A DNA stretch of 64,000 bases. Source: Bispira polyomma. Lineage: Eukaryota. The position numbers were made by a program, and so were the translations under genes. The notes beneath the pieces were generated by a model. It ran no database searches. It was not told the origin of the DNA and was given only the letters and a program-made list of their open reading frames with translations. The stretch covers positions 16,616,001-16,680,000 of the forward strand of contig OZ287758.1 in assembly GCA_965649765.1 (NCBI GenBank), in the 5' to 3' direction. Positions 25,712 through 39,900 of the stretch are shown one piece after another; within the stretch, counting starts at the first letter, position 1; each line of letters opens with the position of its first letter.

Positions 25712-28700
25712 TAACAGTCATGCATTTTTGCCAATAAAGTAGGCCAATGGGCAAATACATTTATGTACTTTGTTTGTGACTTCAGTGAGTGATATACACA
25801 AAATATTTGCACAAAAATATTGTAGTGATTGATCACTAAAAAATCCCTTTCCAGACTGACATAGTTTTTACTATAGCAAACAGTCATAAACGTATGTACT
25901 TTAACTCTTTTGTTTTTATACAATAAAGTAGACTTGTGTTATTGTGTACTGGTCTCCACAACCTTTATTGTTATATACACAGCTACAACCCATTGTGTGT
26001 GAGGACGACATTTAAAATATACTAGGGAGGATACTGCCTGTGTACATAATAAACAAAAAACACCTTGGCATTTATCACATACAGTAACATTACTTATAAT
26101 TAGTAGTAAGCTGCTAGAATTCATTGTCTGAAGTAAAAATTGCCTTATGTACAATTAGTAAGGTGTTAAAATTCACTGTCTGAGGGAAACATTACTTCAT
26201 GTACAATAATGACACAATTACAATGGATCTGTGTTATAGTATGTACAAAGTAAAGTATCAAACAGTTATTAACATTTTCTTGTTTAAGTACAGCCAGCAG
26301 CAGTAACTGATACCTCTCCGGGGGAAGATAGTGGATGACCACTTTACAATGTTCCAAGGATTTTAGCATGTCATTGATATTAGTACCAACAAGATTGGCT
26401 AAAATATGATAAAACTGGCCCATTTCGCTTGCTGTATTATATCTTCTAGTGTAACTGTCATGGTTTCAGTGGCAGTGATGACCTAGTAAGATCACAAACT
26501 GAGGACAGTGGGTTCGAATGTTGTTTAAGATGTTAAAAAAATAATGTCAATTATGTGTCCATGTTATTATGCCACATTAGAATTAAATCCATAACATTTC
26601 TAAGGTGTTGTCCAATTTTACAACTGAATTAAATAAGACCTTATTATTAGAGCAAAATATATTATAATGTAATACTTCTGTATCTTATTACATTACATAA
26701 GCTTTATCATACCCACATCATATTTGTATGTCAATTCTATAATTTTTATCCAGTGTCGTTATCCACCAGTTAGATAATGACCACAAAAGTGTAGTAATTA
26801 GTACAATAAAACACAACTGCTGTGTACACAGCTCTCACACAACATACAACTTTGCAGAAAACATCTACCATTTTCTCGTGGGCTTATGTTGACATTCTTC
26901 TGAGATGTTCATTATTACATATATTTATATTTAGTGTTACTTTAATTTGATCAGGTAGAAAATGAATCACAGGTTTACATACCATTATGTAAACTCGGAA
27001 AAGATTTCGTGCAGTTAGAATAAATCATGGAGGTATCTTCCCAGTTTGGATATCTTATTTTCCAAAATTTCCTAAAACCAAGACCCGATAATCAGCAGAT
27101 AAAGAACCCTATGTCCAGACTGTAACACAATTTATGTGTCATTTATTGCATTAATAAAAATCCATTATTGCATGTAGTAAGATTACACATCAATAATAGC
27201 TCTACAAAGGGGGTAACCGTAAATTCCTATAACTGTTTGTCCTGCTGCAATTTGGTGTTGTTAACATATCTCTGAATAGCCTGTTGATCAGTAAACATGG
27301 CCTTGTTTTACATGTACAAATGATTTATGTTATTGAGTTTTTTATTCATATATGGTTTGATTTGTTTTTCTTTGAAGAATTGTATTGACCAGAAATATTG
27401 GGGCATGTGGAGCTAGTCGTAATGCTATGTTTTCTGTAAACTCCTGAGTTTGCATTTTAAATTACATTTAAATTAATGTAATATTTGTTCTTACTTGAAG
27501 AAATGCATTAAGAAGAAATATTGTGGCAAGAAGAGCTAGTCATAATGCTATTTCTTGTGTAAACTTGAGAGTTTACACTTTCCATATTTAGAAGACTTGC
27601 GGTTCCAGCTTTTCTCAGTGTGAAATCAATTTCATGGACCAACTAGATGAAACCAATTGAACTATATTATAGTCTTATTGGAATTGGAATTTTGGAAGGT
27701 ATGAACTAAATTAATCTAATTTTACGTGCTTAACTGCAAAATTTTTGAGGTGAGAGTGTTACCTGTGTGCCACCAAGGAATTGTAAAAGTAGTTATCTGT
27801 AATTTTTAATATCTTCTGGATCATTCTAGTGAACATTCTGGATTTATGTCAGTTTTAAACTATATTTTCTGTCAAACTACAGACACAAAGAATCATTTAA
27901 AGACAACACAACACAAAGATCATTACAGAAACATGTTGTGATAACCAGAATGCATACAGTATAATGCCAATATTCAAGGTTTACAATCTCTTTCTGAACC
28001 AAAAAAACTTTGATTAAAGATAAAGTCTAGATATACCCCATTTTTGGGTCAGATATTTAGATGTCAAGTCAAAATAATTATGCCCACATGGCACCAGGGG
28101 CAAACATATTGTGGTTTACTAACGACTCTGTTTTCATTTCACAATTGTTAAACTAAATTATTTGCTGTATTACCATAATGATGTTGTATAATTGGTGTAG
28201 AAACCACAGGACTTTCTCAAATGGCCTGTTTGGGGCTTCTTGTGGTGAGATGGTAACACACTGCACTTGCACAGCAAAAAAACTTTAACCAATTTCTGTA
28301 ACTGTATTTGACACAAGTGTTCAAAGTAATATCAACCCCAAACTAAACTCAATGACCTATTTTCTCTTAATCATCCAGCCAACTATAACTGATGTTTGTA
28401 GAGAGTAAAAATAAACCAAGAGAACCAAGAGCCTGTTGAAAGATCCTACAAAAAGATGACAACAATAGCAAAGCAGGAGGGGGTGTTTGTTCAGGTTTTT
28501 GTTACTTGTTGTTTATCTTTTGCTTTACAAAAACAAGCCATTAACTGAGTAAATGCTGAATATTTCATACCACCAGAACTGAGTCTTTTGCCCTTTGTTT
28601 TGTTAATGAATACAGAGACTCTGTATGGACACTGTAAACATAGCCACACAGCCAGAAGACAGGGTGCATTGACTGGAATATATTAATTATTAGGTGTTAT

Positions 28701-29269
28701 ACAACTGTGTTCATTGAATTGGACTTTTTGGGAAACCTTTTACCAATGTCTATGAAATTTTGTTTGAATAACTTGAAACTTTATTTTGTGTTAACATATT
28801 TATGCCAAAATTAATTCAATTACATAAATTACATATAAGTATCTCTAAACCACACGGCAAAACAAAGACGATTTTTGTATCTTATTGTATTCTAATTAAG
28901 TAGGCAAATTTATGTCCCTGGAACTAAAATGTGATATTATTTTGCTGATGTTTGCTAATTAGGACTAATGTATACCTGACGTAAATCTAATGATATTATA
29001 TGTGAAGGATGACACACTGGCAGTTCCCTTCTAATTAGCTGTCTAATTAACCCAATAATTATCTACAGCAGCAGTGAAGCTGGGGGAAGTTAGTAACTAA
29101 ACAGAGGTATGCTTTATTATTAGCATTAAATCATGTTTACAGCAGCCTTTGTCTTTTTCTTCTATTCAAATTTATACGTTATACATTTATCTACCTTTAT
29201 CATGTATTCAAAGCACTTATTAACTTAGTGAATACATAAGTACAGCCAACCACTAACTGCCAGAGATGC

Positions 29270-29420
29270 TTGAGGATGACCAGTTATCACTGTCCACAAG
29301 GATCTTTAGCCTGCAAATGTTATTGCCACCCAGTGCCATATAATTAGCATGGTCATCCAAGCCACTAGATATCCACCTGTACCTAGTCGCTCCAGGGTTG
29401 GATCAAACACAGGTCATCAT
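29270..29420 (-). mobile_element. tRNA-derived SINE fragment, same family as 38395-38600
   Basis: Reverse complement CCTGGAGCGACTAGGTACAGGTGGATATCTAGTGGCTTGGATGACC matches 38462-38507. Confidence 0.7.
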
Positions 29421-31244
29421 TCGTGAAGTAAACCAGTAAAAGTAACTAGCATTCTCCTAACTGATGACAGTGGCTTAAGGCAGATCATTTAAGAACATCT
29501 CCAAGGATCTTTAGCCAGCCAGTGACCCTGGACTACCATATTACGTGGATCCATCAAAATCACTATCTGCCCTTATGTTCCCTGGGGATCAAATACAGTT
29601 ATGCTGTATTCCTAAGTGAGTTTCCGACTGGGCCATAGTGACCGTTCTTATGATGGGCAATGCTATATTGTAGGACTATTCCTTCTTGAAAAACAAGCTA
29701 GGGATGGATTGTCATCAATCCCTACAGATGCTTAAAGTTAATACATAAAGTTCATACTGCACCCTCTATTGTATATCAGTTCTCTTCCCACACAAACTAA
29801 AGTGCCACTAAACCCATCTCAATATATGGTATGAAACAGAAATATATTGACATGCCTGGTTTAATTAACTGTGAAATACAATCAGATGTACCCATGACAA
29901 CACAACAACCCAGTACAGAAATATGAAATATTTGATAGGTCTGTGTAACATTATAGCTGTATGTTAGATCTAGAAAAATAACCTTTTGTGTGGTAGTTCA
30001 TGTAGGTAACACTGTCGTGACTCATCTCAATCACATTAACAGTCGACGTTGTAAAGTGTCACACATACATGGAGAGATCGCCCTTTGTCAAATTGTACTG
30101 TGTAAAATGTGTGACAGAGGTCACGAAGCTGGCTGCGATAGTTAAATAACACGGGGAGTTTATTTATAAGATCCTAAAACCAACTAATAACTAAGGTCTA
30201 TTTTATTTTGTTAAAATGTTTTTGGCAAGTCTGTGGTGGTATACACTGGAGTAATAACACTGACACTTTATATTAGGGTAGATTGAAGTTATTTCAATGA
30301 CTATTTGGGTGAATCAGTTTAAGCACAACTTTACAGCAAGCAGATAGATTTTGTTTAAACATCCTTATAAAATTAGTGCAAACACTTCGTTATCAGTAAT
30401 TTTCATTCTAGCTACCTACTACAATTACCTTAAAACCTAAAGAAACAAATGGGAACCAAACCCACTGTCCTCAGAGGTGAGAGGCTTGTGATATTGTAGC
30501 AGATTTTACTAAGCCACCCCCCCATTAATATATGAAATACAGTCTAAAACTGCTGTTACATTTTGCTTGTATAACTACATCTCTAATAGTCATTACTTTA
30601 CAAGATAAGCCATAATGTAATTGAGTTAATGTCGTCATATAAAAGTGAGAATGTTTTTGTTAATGTATTGTGTGTTATGTTATTTCAGTAAATAATACTG
30701 GTGTAGCCTGTGTAGGAAATGGTTAGCTTCTGATGCCCCACTGTCTGATATCATAATGGCTCAAGTAAAAATCCCAACACCAACACGCTGATTTGCAGCA
30801 AGTGTGCTTGCATTATGTATATTACTGGAGGAAAGTGGCAATATATTAGTTATTTCCTCCCATTACAACAGAATATAGCTCTACATTTGCCAAAAAGGCC
30901 ACTTAAAACCAGGAAACTACTTTCCCCAAACAGCTTATAATCAGAGATAAACCGTGATCTTTTTGGAGGTGGAATAATAAATAACTATGAAGCAATATGG
31001 AGCAATCTAGGAGTTCATAAAATAGCCCTAGATGTATATTACTAAGAGGTTTGTGTGTTCACTGTTATATGTCTTTTTCTGAAATACCCCCCGCCCCCCC
31101 TCTCTCTTTCACCTCATTCTGCTGATGAATAAGATACCTCCCCTCCCCCATACTCACGACAATGCATTAACCCCCTTTAGTGTGGCCTGGTTATTAAGAT
31201 CTGCGAGCGTTGCAAATTGATTTGCCATTCACGTTGTCATCGAG

Positions 31245-31290
31245 GATAGATATATAAAACTGTAGCCAGATGATAGGTCCGTTGTTGCTG
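31245..31290 (+). promoter_or_regulatory. Candidate TATA-box promoter for the LAAO-like gene
   Basis: TATATAAAA at 31251, downstream of C-rich tracts; followed by plausible non-coding exons with donors at 31378|GTAAGC, 31705|GTAATA and 32070|GTAAGA, and an acceptor at TTCTATAG|31811. Confidence 0.35.
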
Positions 31291-33114
31291 CAGGGATGGC
31301 TTGTCTGTGGAACATTGGTTCTGTTTTAGTCCTATCTCTGAGACTGTACCAGGGGTCGGCGGGAGTGTGTATTATTGAGTAAGCCCTTTAGCTCAGGGAT
31401 TCTGTGTATTACTTGGGTCTCTGGGATAAGTGTCTGGATAAAGTGAACTGGTTATATATACCACGCAAGTGATGTGTGTCTCAGGGTATTTTTGGAATCT
31501 TATACACTTGTTTGGTATATTTAAAGACAAAATATAAAGGAATTTATAAAAAAAATCTAAAATGTGCATTTAATCTGAGAAAAAAGTTAAATTGCAATAT
31601 CTGGATAAATGTGATCGCTGAATTACTGACTCTCAGTTAAAGGATATCTTGCTATTTGAATTGGGAATGTGTGTTAGAGAAAATAAAAGAAAGGCAATAC
31701 GACAGGTAATATATGTGGGTATATATTATTGTTTTGAAATTTTTCAAGTTTACCAACGGGGATTTACCTTGTGTAAATAATGTTTAATGCTTTTTTTTTT
31801 ACTTCTATAGCACCACAATCGATGACCAGGCATATTCTGTGAGCACATCCCTGTCAATATAAAAAATAGTCCTATAGGAGGAAATGTTTGTCATCAGAGT
31901 TCAGTCGTGACCAGCAGACGAATATTAAGGTCGAAATATTAGTGGATACCGATGTGTTTTGAGAGTTTTTTTAAAAAGCCAGTAATCATTGTCTCAGTAC
32001 TAAGACTGAAAGAGACACTATTCCATTCAGCAGGTGCTGCAACTATAAATGAGTTGAACATGTTAATTAGGTAAGAATTTAGAGGTGGAGAGACGATTTT
32101 TCCTGGTGAGATTTTCTGAGAGTTAACATAGATGATAAGTAGGCAATATTGTCTATTTATTGTGACTATTAAAATAGAAAGGTTTTGTTGTAAAAAAGGT
32201 AATTATTTTGTCCCCTTGCATAACCTTATGTTGAAACAAGCATTACAGGCTATAAAAAAAAACTAAGAAAAAAAAACATTTTCATATCAACTTGCTGTTC
32301 CACATTAATATAGGACTGTGGTTTTAACTGGACTGTTCAACCACAGACCGTATCTTTGATATCAGACTGTTAATTATTGATATTGATTGGGATATGCACC
32401 ATAAAGGATGCATGGACATCAATTGTAAATACCATATCAATTTAACATTAATATTATTACTTCACAACATATTTTGACCATTAAATATAGTTAAAACCTG
32501 AAACTTTCTTAGTTTTAGCTGTACCCTTTGCTTTAGATAAACTATAATTAATTTACATACCAGAGTAATATTTACAGGCTAAAAGTATACTGTGAAAACA
32601 AGCCATATTGTTTACCACCTCTCTTAATTAGAAATTACATAAACCACATTTAAAAAAACACGGAAGCTTTTTTTTCTGACTGTGTCTTCTAGGTAGATCA
32701 TTGTTTTTAGTAGAGATGCTCTACAATCTAGATTTAATGTAGTATGTACTTAATGTTAAAACTTACAAATATATATAACCTCTTAATATATATTACATTC
32801 GTGCCAGTTCAAATGTACCCCATAGTCTGAATCCTCAGCATCACCCAACTGTGTTTTACCCTACTTAATCACCAAGTCATGTATGAGGCACTACATTGAG
32901 CTGTCTTTGTAAAGCTTGTCAGTTGTCAGAGAAGTTTTGTATACTTCTGGCAGTTGATCACACAAGAGACCACTATATCAGGGTTACTTTGTAACACTTC
33001 TAAAGAGAATCTCTGTGACGTCATCCCACTTACTAAATCACATCTACTCACAGGAGGGATCACTAGCCTTGCTTTTGGCTCATGCTTCTTGTTATTAGTT
33101 CTACCATTTACCAT

Positions 33115-33735
33115 GTTAGATCACTGTTAAAATAGTATTTTTTATGGCCCAGAAAGAGTTCATCATTTACAATGTAAAACAATTGTTAAATGGTATTTCT
33201 ATGGCCCCCAGAAAGAGTCCATCATTTGGCATATGAAACCACTGTTAAAGGGTATTTCTATGACCCCCAGAAAGAGTCCACCATTTACAATGTAAAACCA
33301 CTGTTAAAGGGTATTTCTATGGCCCCCAGAAAGAGTCCACCATTTACAATGTAAAACCACTGTTAAAGGGTATTTCTATAGCCCCCAGAAACAGTCCATT
33401 ATTCACCATGTAAAACCACTGTTAAAATGGTATTTCTGTGGCCCCCAGAAAGAGTCCATAATTTACCACTTGAAACCACTGTTAAATAATATTTCTATGG
33501 CCCCCAGAAAGAGTCCATCATTTACCATATAAAACCACGGTTAAATGGTATTTCTATGGCCCCCAGAAAGAGTCCATTATTTATCATGTAAAACTACTGT
33601 TAAAATGGTATTTCTATGGCTCCCAGAAAGAGTCCATAATTTACCACTTAAAACCACTGTTAAATGGTATTTATGTAGCCTTCACAAAGCGTCTACCATT
33701 TACTATATACAATCACTGTTAAATGGTATTTATAT
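33115..33735. repeat. ~60-bp minisatellite, ~10 copies
   Basis: AAACCACTGTTAAA.GGTATTTCTATGGCCCCCAGAAAGAGTCCA.CATTTAC repeated; explains ORF 33545..33796. Confidence 0.95.
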
Positions 33736-35227
33736 CATCTTTGGTTCTGTCCATTGTACTTTCATAGATTATCTACCACTTTGTGCAAGTGGGTAACACA
33801 TTCACTTCGGAATGCAGAGGATGAAGGTTTGTTTCCAGTATAGGACTCAAAAGTGCAGACAGATAGATAGCCACTTCAAATCGCTCTGTCGTTATGTCCT
33901 AGTCCCAGTGGCAGGCTGAAGAACTTTAGGGGCGTTGATAAATGGAGTCATCTTTAAACTCCTGTCTTCAGTTTTGGGGAGTGAATGTTACTGGCAGTGA
34001 ATGAATGTAAGAAAAAGAGTGGTCTTTTAAAAAGGTATAGGCGCACAGTGTGAAATACATCAACCTTGCTATTGCCACTATACACTAGACAGGCTGTATG
34101 TGATAACAATAAATCTGACATCCCTCAGTTTGGCCGAGTCGTTTGCTTACAACTAATTCGCGAAGGTCTTTCATATTTTATAAGATGGCGGAGCCCTTTT
34201 CAGAATAAAAAAAATACCATGCATAGATAAAGAAGGTAGATAAATGAGTTGGGTATACATTGGAATACGATTTTTACAATACTTAAGGTTTATACATTAT
34301 TCACATACATGCTTTTATAGAATTGATTAAATAGAGAGAGACCATTTAGAATAGTACACTTGTCTATCCTCAACCCAAACTTGTCCATTGGTGTTTGTCT
34401 CTAGGGTGACACTAAAACTACTCATTTAATTTCTCCTAAGAGGAATACAGAATGCTCAAGGATTTTGTTTATTTTTTTTAATTTTTTTTTTGCACTGTGG
34501 CAGAGGTATGTGCTTTATCTGTTGCTCTATGTAATTGACCAACACAACACATGTTTACACATACACAATCTTGTACATGATCTACACCCCCTCCTAACTG
34601 CTACATACTTCCACATCGTTCTAATTCAATCCAATAGTACTCTATCAATTATTCTTTACATTAGCAATCATACACCCCATGGATATAACGTTAGGGATGA
34701 CCCAGTAAGGACAACCAGTAAGGACAACCACCTCGTACTGTGGATCTGAACACATTCCCTTTTTAAAAACAAAAATAAACATGGCAACACATACAAGTTC
34801 ATTTATATTGATGTAATCTGACAAAGCCATTGTTATGTCAGTGTTAAGCAATTGTTGGAGAGTTGTCTGCATACATGGGAGTTTCATTGTTCTACCACAC
34901 AGTAGGATAAGGTCCGTGGTATTGAGTGCTCAAAATGTACTCATGTAAGACATGAGCACAACGAGCCGTTATGTACGAGTGCATTGTGAATCTTTGACCA
35001 CAACTATTTTTCTTCTGTGGTTTTTTTGTTGTTCTCAAAATGTAACACTGATTTCAATCAGTCTTTCTCGAGAAACTTCTTTGTGCTCACAATTTTATTA
35101 TCTTGTTCCGACTAGTAAAACCTTGTGATAAAGAGATATTTGCCTTGTGAGCACAAGATAAGAGGGCTTCCCTGTTAATGGATATGGGTGACACAGTTAA
35201 TACGATGGAACATCTACAATTAACATG

Positions 35228-35520
35228 TACGGCTAGTGGTTAGTGTCTGCTATTCAGTAATATACAACAGTCATCTTTACTGACTACAGATACACTTCAA
35301 AGCAGCCTGGGGTTGCTGGATTATAGCCAAGTTAAAAAGTAGGTAGTTGCACAACAATATGTCTGTCTATGTACCTTTGACAAGGTACTTCACACAAAGT
35401 TGTACCTCTCCGCCCAGATGTATAAGTGGGTCCTGGCTGCTAATGGGTTAATCTTTGCGCTGTACATGGCAGCATGGCTACTATGCTTCCTGAGGGAGCT
35501 GGGACAGACCAACTGGTTGA
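35228..35520 (+). mobile_element. Old tRNA-derived SINE with a CORE/Deu-like central domain
   Basis: GCTAGTGGTTAG head; GTACCTTTGACAAGGTACTT...CTCTCCGCCCAGATGTATAAGTGGGT. Confidence 0.5.
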
Positions 35521-36963
35521 GAAGTAGAAAAACTCAGGCTGGGGATGTAAATTGACAGTTGGATTAGACCTCAATAGAGGTGTTATCACACCATCACCCT
35601 ACACATACAACCTACACATATTTAATAGTACAGGAACCTTGTAAGCGTACATTATGGATCAGTACAGTTTTGAAATACTAAATATTATAATAGTACATTA
35701 TGAACCTTGTTTGACAACACATTATAACCATTAACTCTGCAATTACTGTAGATTAACTTGTAGTATGACTGACAGTTAAATCAGTTAAAATGTAGTAAGT
35801 TGTATAATTAACTATTACTTCTTAAAAGCACTAATTTTAATAAAGAGTCATTGGGGAAGATTAAAAATTTATAACTTTGAGGGAATTTCACATAAATATT
35901 TCAACTGAAAGTAAGTTCTATGTTTAAGTTAGCCGAAACAATGATACCCGGACTCAATGGGTTTTAATTTTTCACATAAGAACATGTTAGCCAGGGCTGG
36001 TAGTCTTACATTATGTCTCCAGCAATTTGGTTGGCTAAAAAATTTTATTTCAAAGAATCTGATTGGCTGAGACTAAAACTGTAAGAATTACATTTTCTAA
36101 GAATGTTTGTGAACAGATGGGTGCTGGTGTATACGAAAAATATAATATATCCATAACAAGAAAGAAATAGGCCTTTTTTTCTTTTCATAGGTGTTCTTTT
36201 TTCTCATGAAAAGGTCTCCTTCAATGCCAATAAAATTTCATTCTTTTTCTGAATAATTCTATTTGTATATAGGGTTGACTATTCACCAATCTGTACTTAA
36301 ATAATCAATAATACAATACAACTATTACCGGGAATTATTGTAGCCACTTAAGTTCGTCAGAGCAGATGCATTCCCACTGTACATTTCAACTTAAGTATAA
36401 CAACTAGTCATAACGTTTCTTTCAGGAATAGAATAATGCCCCATTCAGGACACGGCTCTCAATTACTGGAAGAGAACACATTGATTATTCCATATTGTTC
36501 GCTGTGGCAAATCTATTAATTGGTGAAAGAGCAAGGCTCTTCGAAATTGATTAATTATTTATATTACTCTCTGCCACCTTGTATAAAGCCTGATGTATTG
36601 TTTTTAGTCCTGTTGGCTAGAATTGAATTGATACGTGTATTCGTGAATCAGATTTTACCTTATATAATTTTATCTTCCATTGCCATTCCATTCCATATTA
36701 TTAAAGCAAAATAATATTTAGTCTAATACAACATTTATTTATCTGTTTCAGATCACCTTTGATTGAGTACTATTAATAGACAAAAAGGAAATGTGTGTAA
36801 AACATGGAGTATAGCACTTACTAAATGAACACCACGTGTTGATACAAAGTCCCCAGTGAAAGAGAGAGAAAATAACGCACACACACAGACAATATAACCA
36901 CACTCTCCACCAATATATATCACCACTTATTTATCGGCTGCAGCTCTCAACTCTCGCGGGAAA

Positions 36964-39900
36964 ATGCGGGACCCGCGCATGGCCCGACGCATGAGCAGTG
37001 CTCCCCGGATGTCAGTTGTGTTCACCCCAGTCAATCTACAGGATATCAACATGGCGGACGAACAGGAGGTGGGGAAGACTGCCAGCCTTAGGACCTTCTG
37101 TTCTAACCACATCAAGAGTATAGTGACAGTGATTATGGTACTAGGGATGATCTTCTGTGTTGTCATGATAGTTATAGGTGAGTACTGCACTGCTGTGTGT
37201 ATATTACTGAGATGTACAACTGGTCTGAGAATTGTGTCTATATTATAATAAGTGATGTACTGGTGCAATGCTTGCCAATATGTACGGTAATATGAAAGTC
37301 TCTCACTGTCTCTATTACTGCATATGTACAGCTGGTTTGTGTGGGAATTGTGGCTATATTATAACAACTCATAGACATGTGTCTAATAAATTCAAATGTG
37401 TTTTAAGTTATGACTTCATATTACCAGTGTTGTGTATCTGCTCAAAGTAATAACATTTACCTTATTCGACCTACTGTATCAGTGACAAGTTTCACTGGGA
37501 ATAAATTTTAGCTGTTTCGGTTAATGATCATAAAGATTGATAATTAATTTACAGTGATATTATTTCACGTATGAATTTGTAACTGAAAATTATAATTAAA
37601 AATAATTCCAGTCGATTTCTTAAAAATAGTAAATTTGTGAAATGTTCTTCAATCTAAAATGACCATCATTGCTGTTTGAAGACTGTTATCATAACCTAAA
37701 TATTGCTGTGATCACCATGTTAACAATTCCACTAAATAGAACACACATATAAATACATGGAGTTGTGTGTATCTGTCAATGTTTCTTATTTACAATTAGT
37801 AGTATGATAAACTTATTTAATATCTACTTTTCTGAAAGAAACACACAAATAAGTGATAAGGTATGCTCCAATTAACATGTTGGAAATAATAGACCTGAAC
37901 TATAGCTGTAGGGAAGCAGAACCAGATAAAACACTTGAGTAGGCCATTAAGCTGTGAGTAAAAAACAGTGCAGTCTATCAAAGCAAAGAGAATAGCAAAA
38001 TATGCAAAGGTATAAACAGCTCCAGAGCTAGAGAGGTCTCCTTACTGCCTACTGCTTCACCAATCAATACCAGTAATAGTGAGTTGTAGACTCTGGCTTA
38101 ATGGATGGCACAGCTTTCTATCCAACTCTGAGCAGGGACTCTGCGTGTGTCTGTGTGATAGCCACATGTAAGGCTCAAGTTTATTATTAATACAAGGACA
38201 ATATTAGTTAACAGAGTTATAAATATCAAAAAGTAATGAAGTTTTAAAACAAAATCATTTTTGAGTGGTTGATCCAGTTTTGACTCTTTGATTCATTTGA
38301 GGGTATATTTAATGAAAGCACATAGATAGAAACAATGTACTTCCAAAATCCTGACTGATTCGGTTCTATGTTATGATAGAATATTAAAAACAAAGTGGTC
38401 TAGTGGGTGACACACTAGTACACACTGGTTAGGAACACATATGACCTGGGTTTGAGCCAAGCCTGGAGCGACTAGGTACTGGTGGATGTGTAGTGGCTCG
38501 GATGACCATTTGAAATGGTGATCCTCTGTCATTAGGTAGCTATGACAGCGGCAAAAATACAGATCCTTGTGGTCGTTATTATGCCTCTCTCTACTTAAGG
38601 AAATGACAGTTAGTGACGGGCTGTATGTAGTCTAGAACACGTTCATTAGTGCTTTAAATACCTGTTAAAGGTATATAAATATCAATTTCAATACAACATA
38701 CCAATGTCAAAGATAATAAGCACACATGTGAGAGATCCGAATACTTAATGTCTTTAGGTGATCTACTATTTTCTGATGTGGTTCCTTCAGAATCCTTATA
38801 GAATAATATACAACTGTTATTTAAATACTTGAATAGCATAATGTGCCCTACTGCCTTTTTCACAGCAGCTTTATATACTTCCTTGAAAAAAACCCTCAGA
38901 TACTATGTAGCTGTGTAAGTACTTGTCTTGTGTACATATTTGAAACTTTGCTAATTCAGTTAGGCTTTCTTACAAACATGAGCCGTTAGCAAGGCTCTGT
39001 GTAACCACAACTGCGTATAGCAGGACAAATTTGTCAATACCAGGGAAATTACTACAGGATCACATGATTGTTGTGGTAGGTTACATGCAGAGTACTTGTT
39101 ACAAAACTGGAATTCAAAAGGAACAACACACAGCAAAGAGATAGGGACTGTAAATATACTGGTAATTTACCCAAGATAAGAGAAAACAATAGCTAAGTAA
39201 GGTTATGTGCCTCAAAGTGACAATGATTCTGAATACATCACTCTATTCTGTTCTACTACATTAATGCTCATGGGACTAATGACTGCATTATTAATTCCTG
39301 GGTTCTCATCAATTGATCCTATTAATATAATGGAGACAATAAACTACCTCAATAGTGAGTGTTCTGTATGAGGGATTTTGCCTGTAGCTGTTCCAGGATC
39401 TAATCACACTCACATCAGTTATCAAAGCCTGCCACACTCAGCTGGCTATTACTGTTTACCTCACATACAGCTAACAGTATATCGACCACTCTAGGACCCT
39501 TGTTCGTGGCTCTGTATTATAACTGCTCTCTAGTTAACTCTAAATCTAATCCAAATCTAACCAGTTTGTACAAGAGCAATCTTGGCTACAGAAAGTGGAG
39601 CTCCTGGTACTGAAACCAAAAATCGTTGCACAAAAATTGAGGGCCATAAAAGCGTCAGTAATCCATGGAAATATGACCGTAGGCGAGGGGGTAAAGTGGG
39701 GTAGGTTGATAGCATATAAGTGACATGTGAGATGCTTTCTGAAGGGGGTAACACAGGGGATGGATCTAACATGTTACTATATTTGAGGTTTGTCAGATTA
39801 TATAACATGAGGGAGTGAGGTTAAATAGAAACAATATAATAGTTCTGTGAGCAGAATAAATCTGTACATGACATGGCACCAGTAATATACGATATATATG

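Larger units (their letters stand above)
20608..27800. repeat. Old tandem segmental duplication, copy B (carries extra insertions)
   Basis: Same anchors as copy A; contains a 29-bp minisatellite, a 24.25-kb insert and a 25.36-kb MITE that copy A lacks. Confidence 0.9.

Noticed and set aside
29270-38600. Large inverted repeat bounding a 9-kb element
   Set aside because: Two independent copies of one SINE family in opposite orientation
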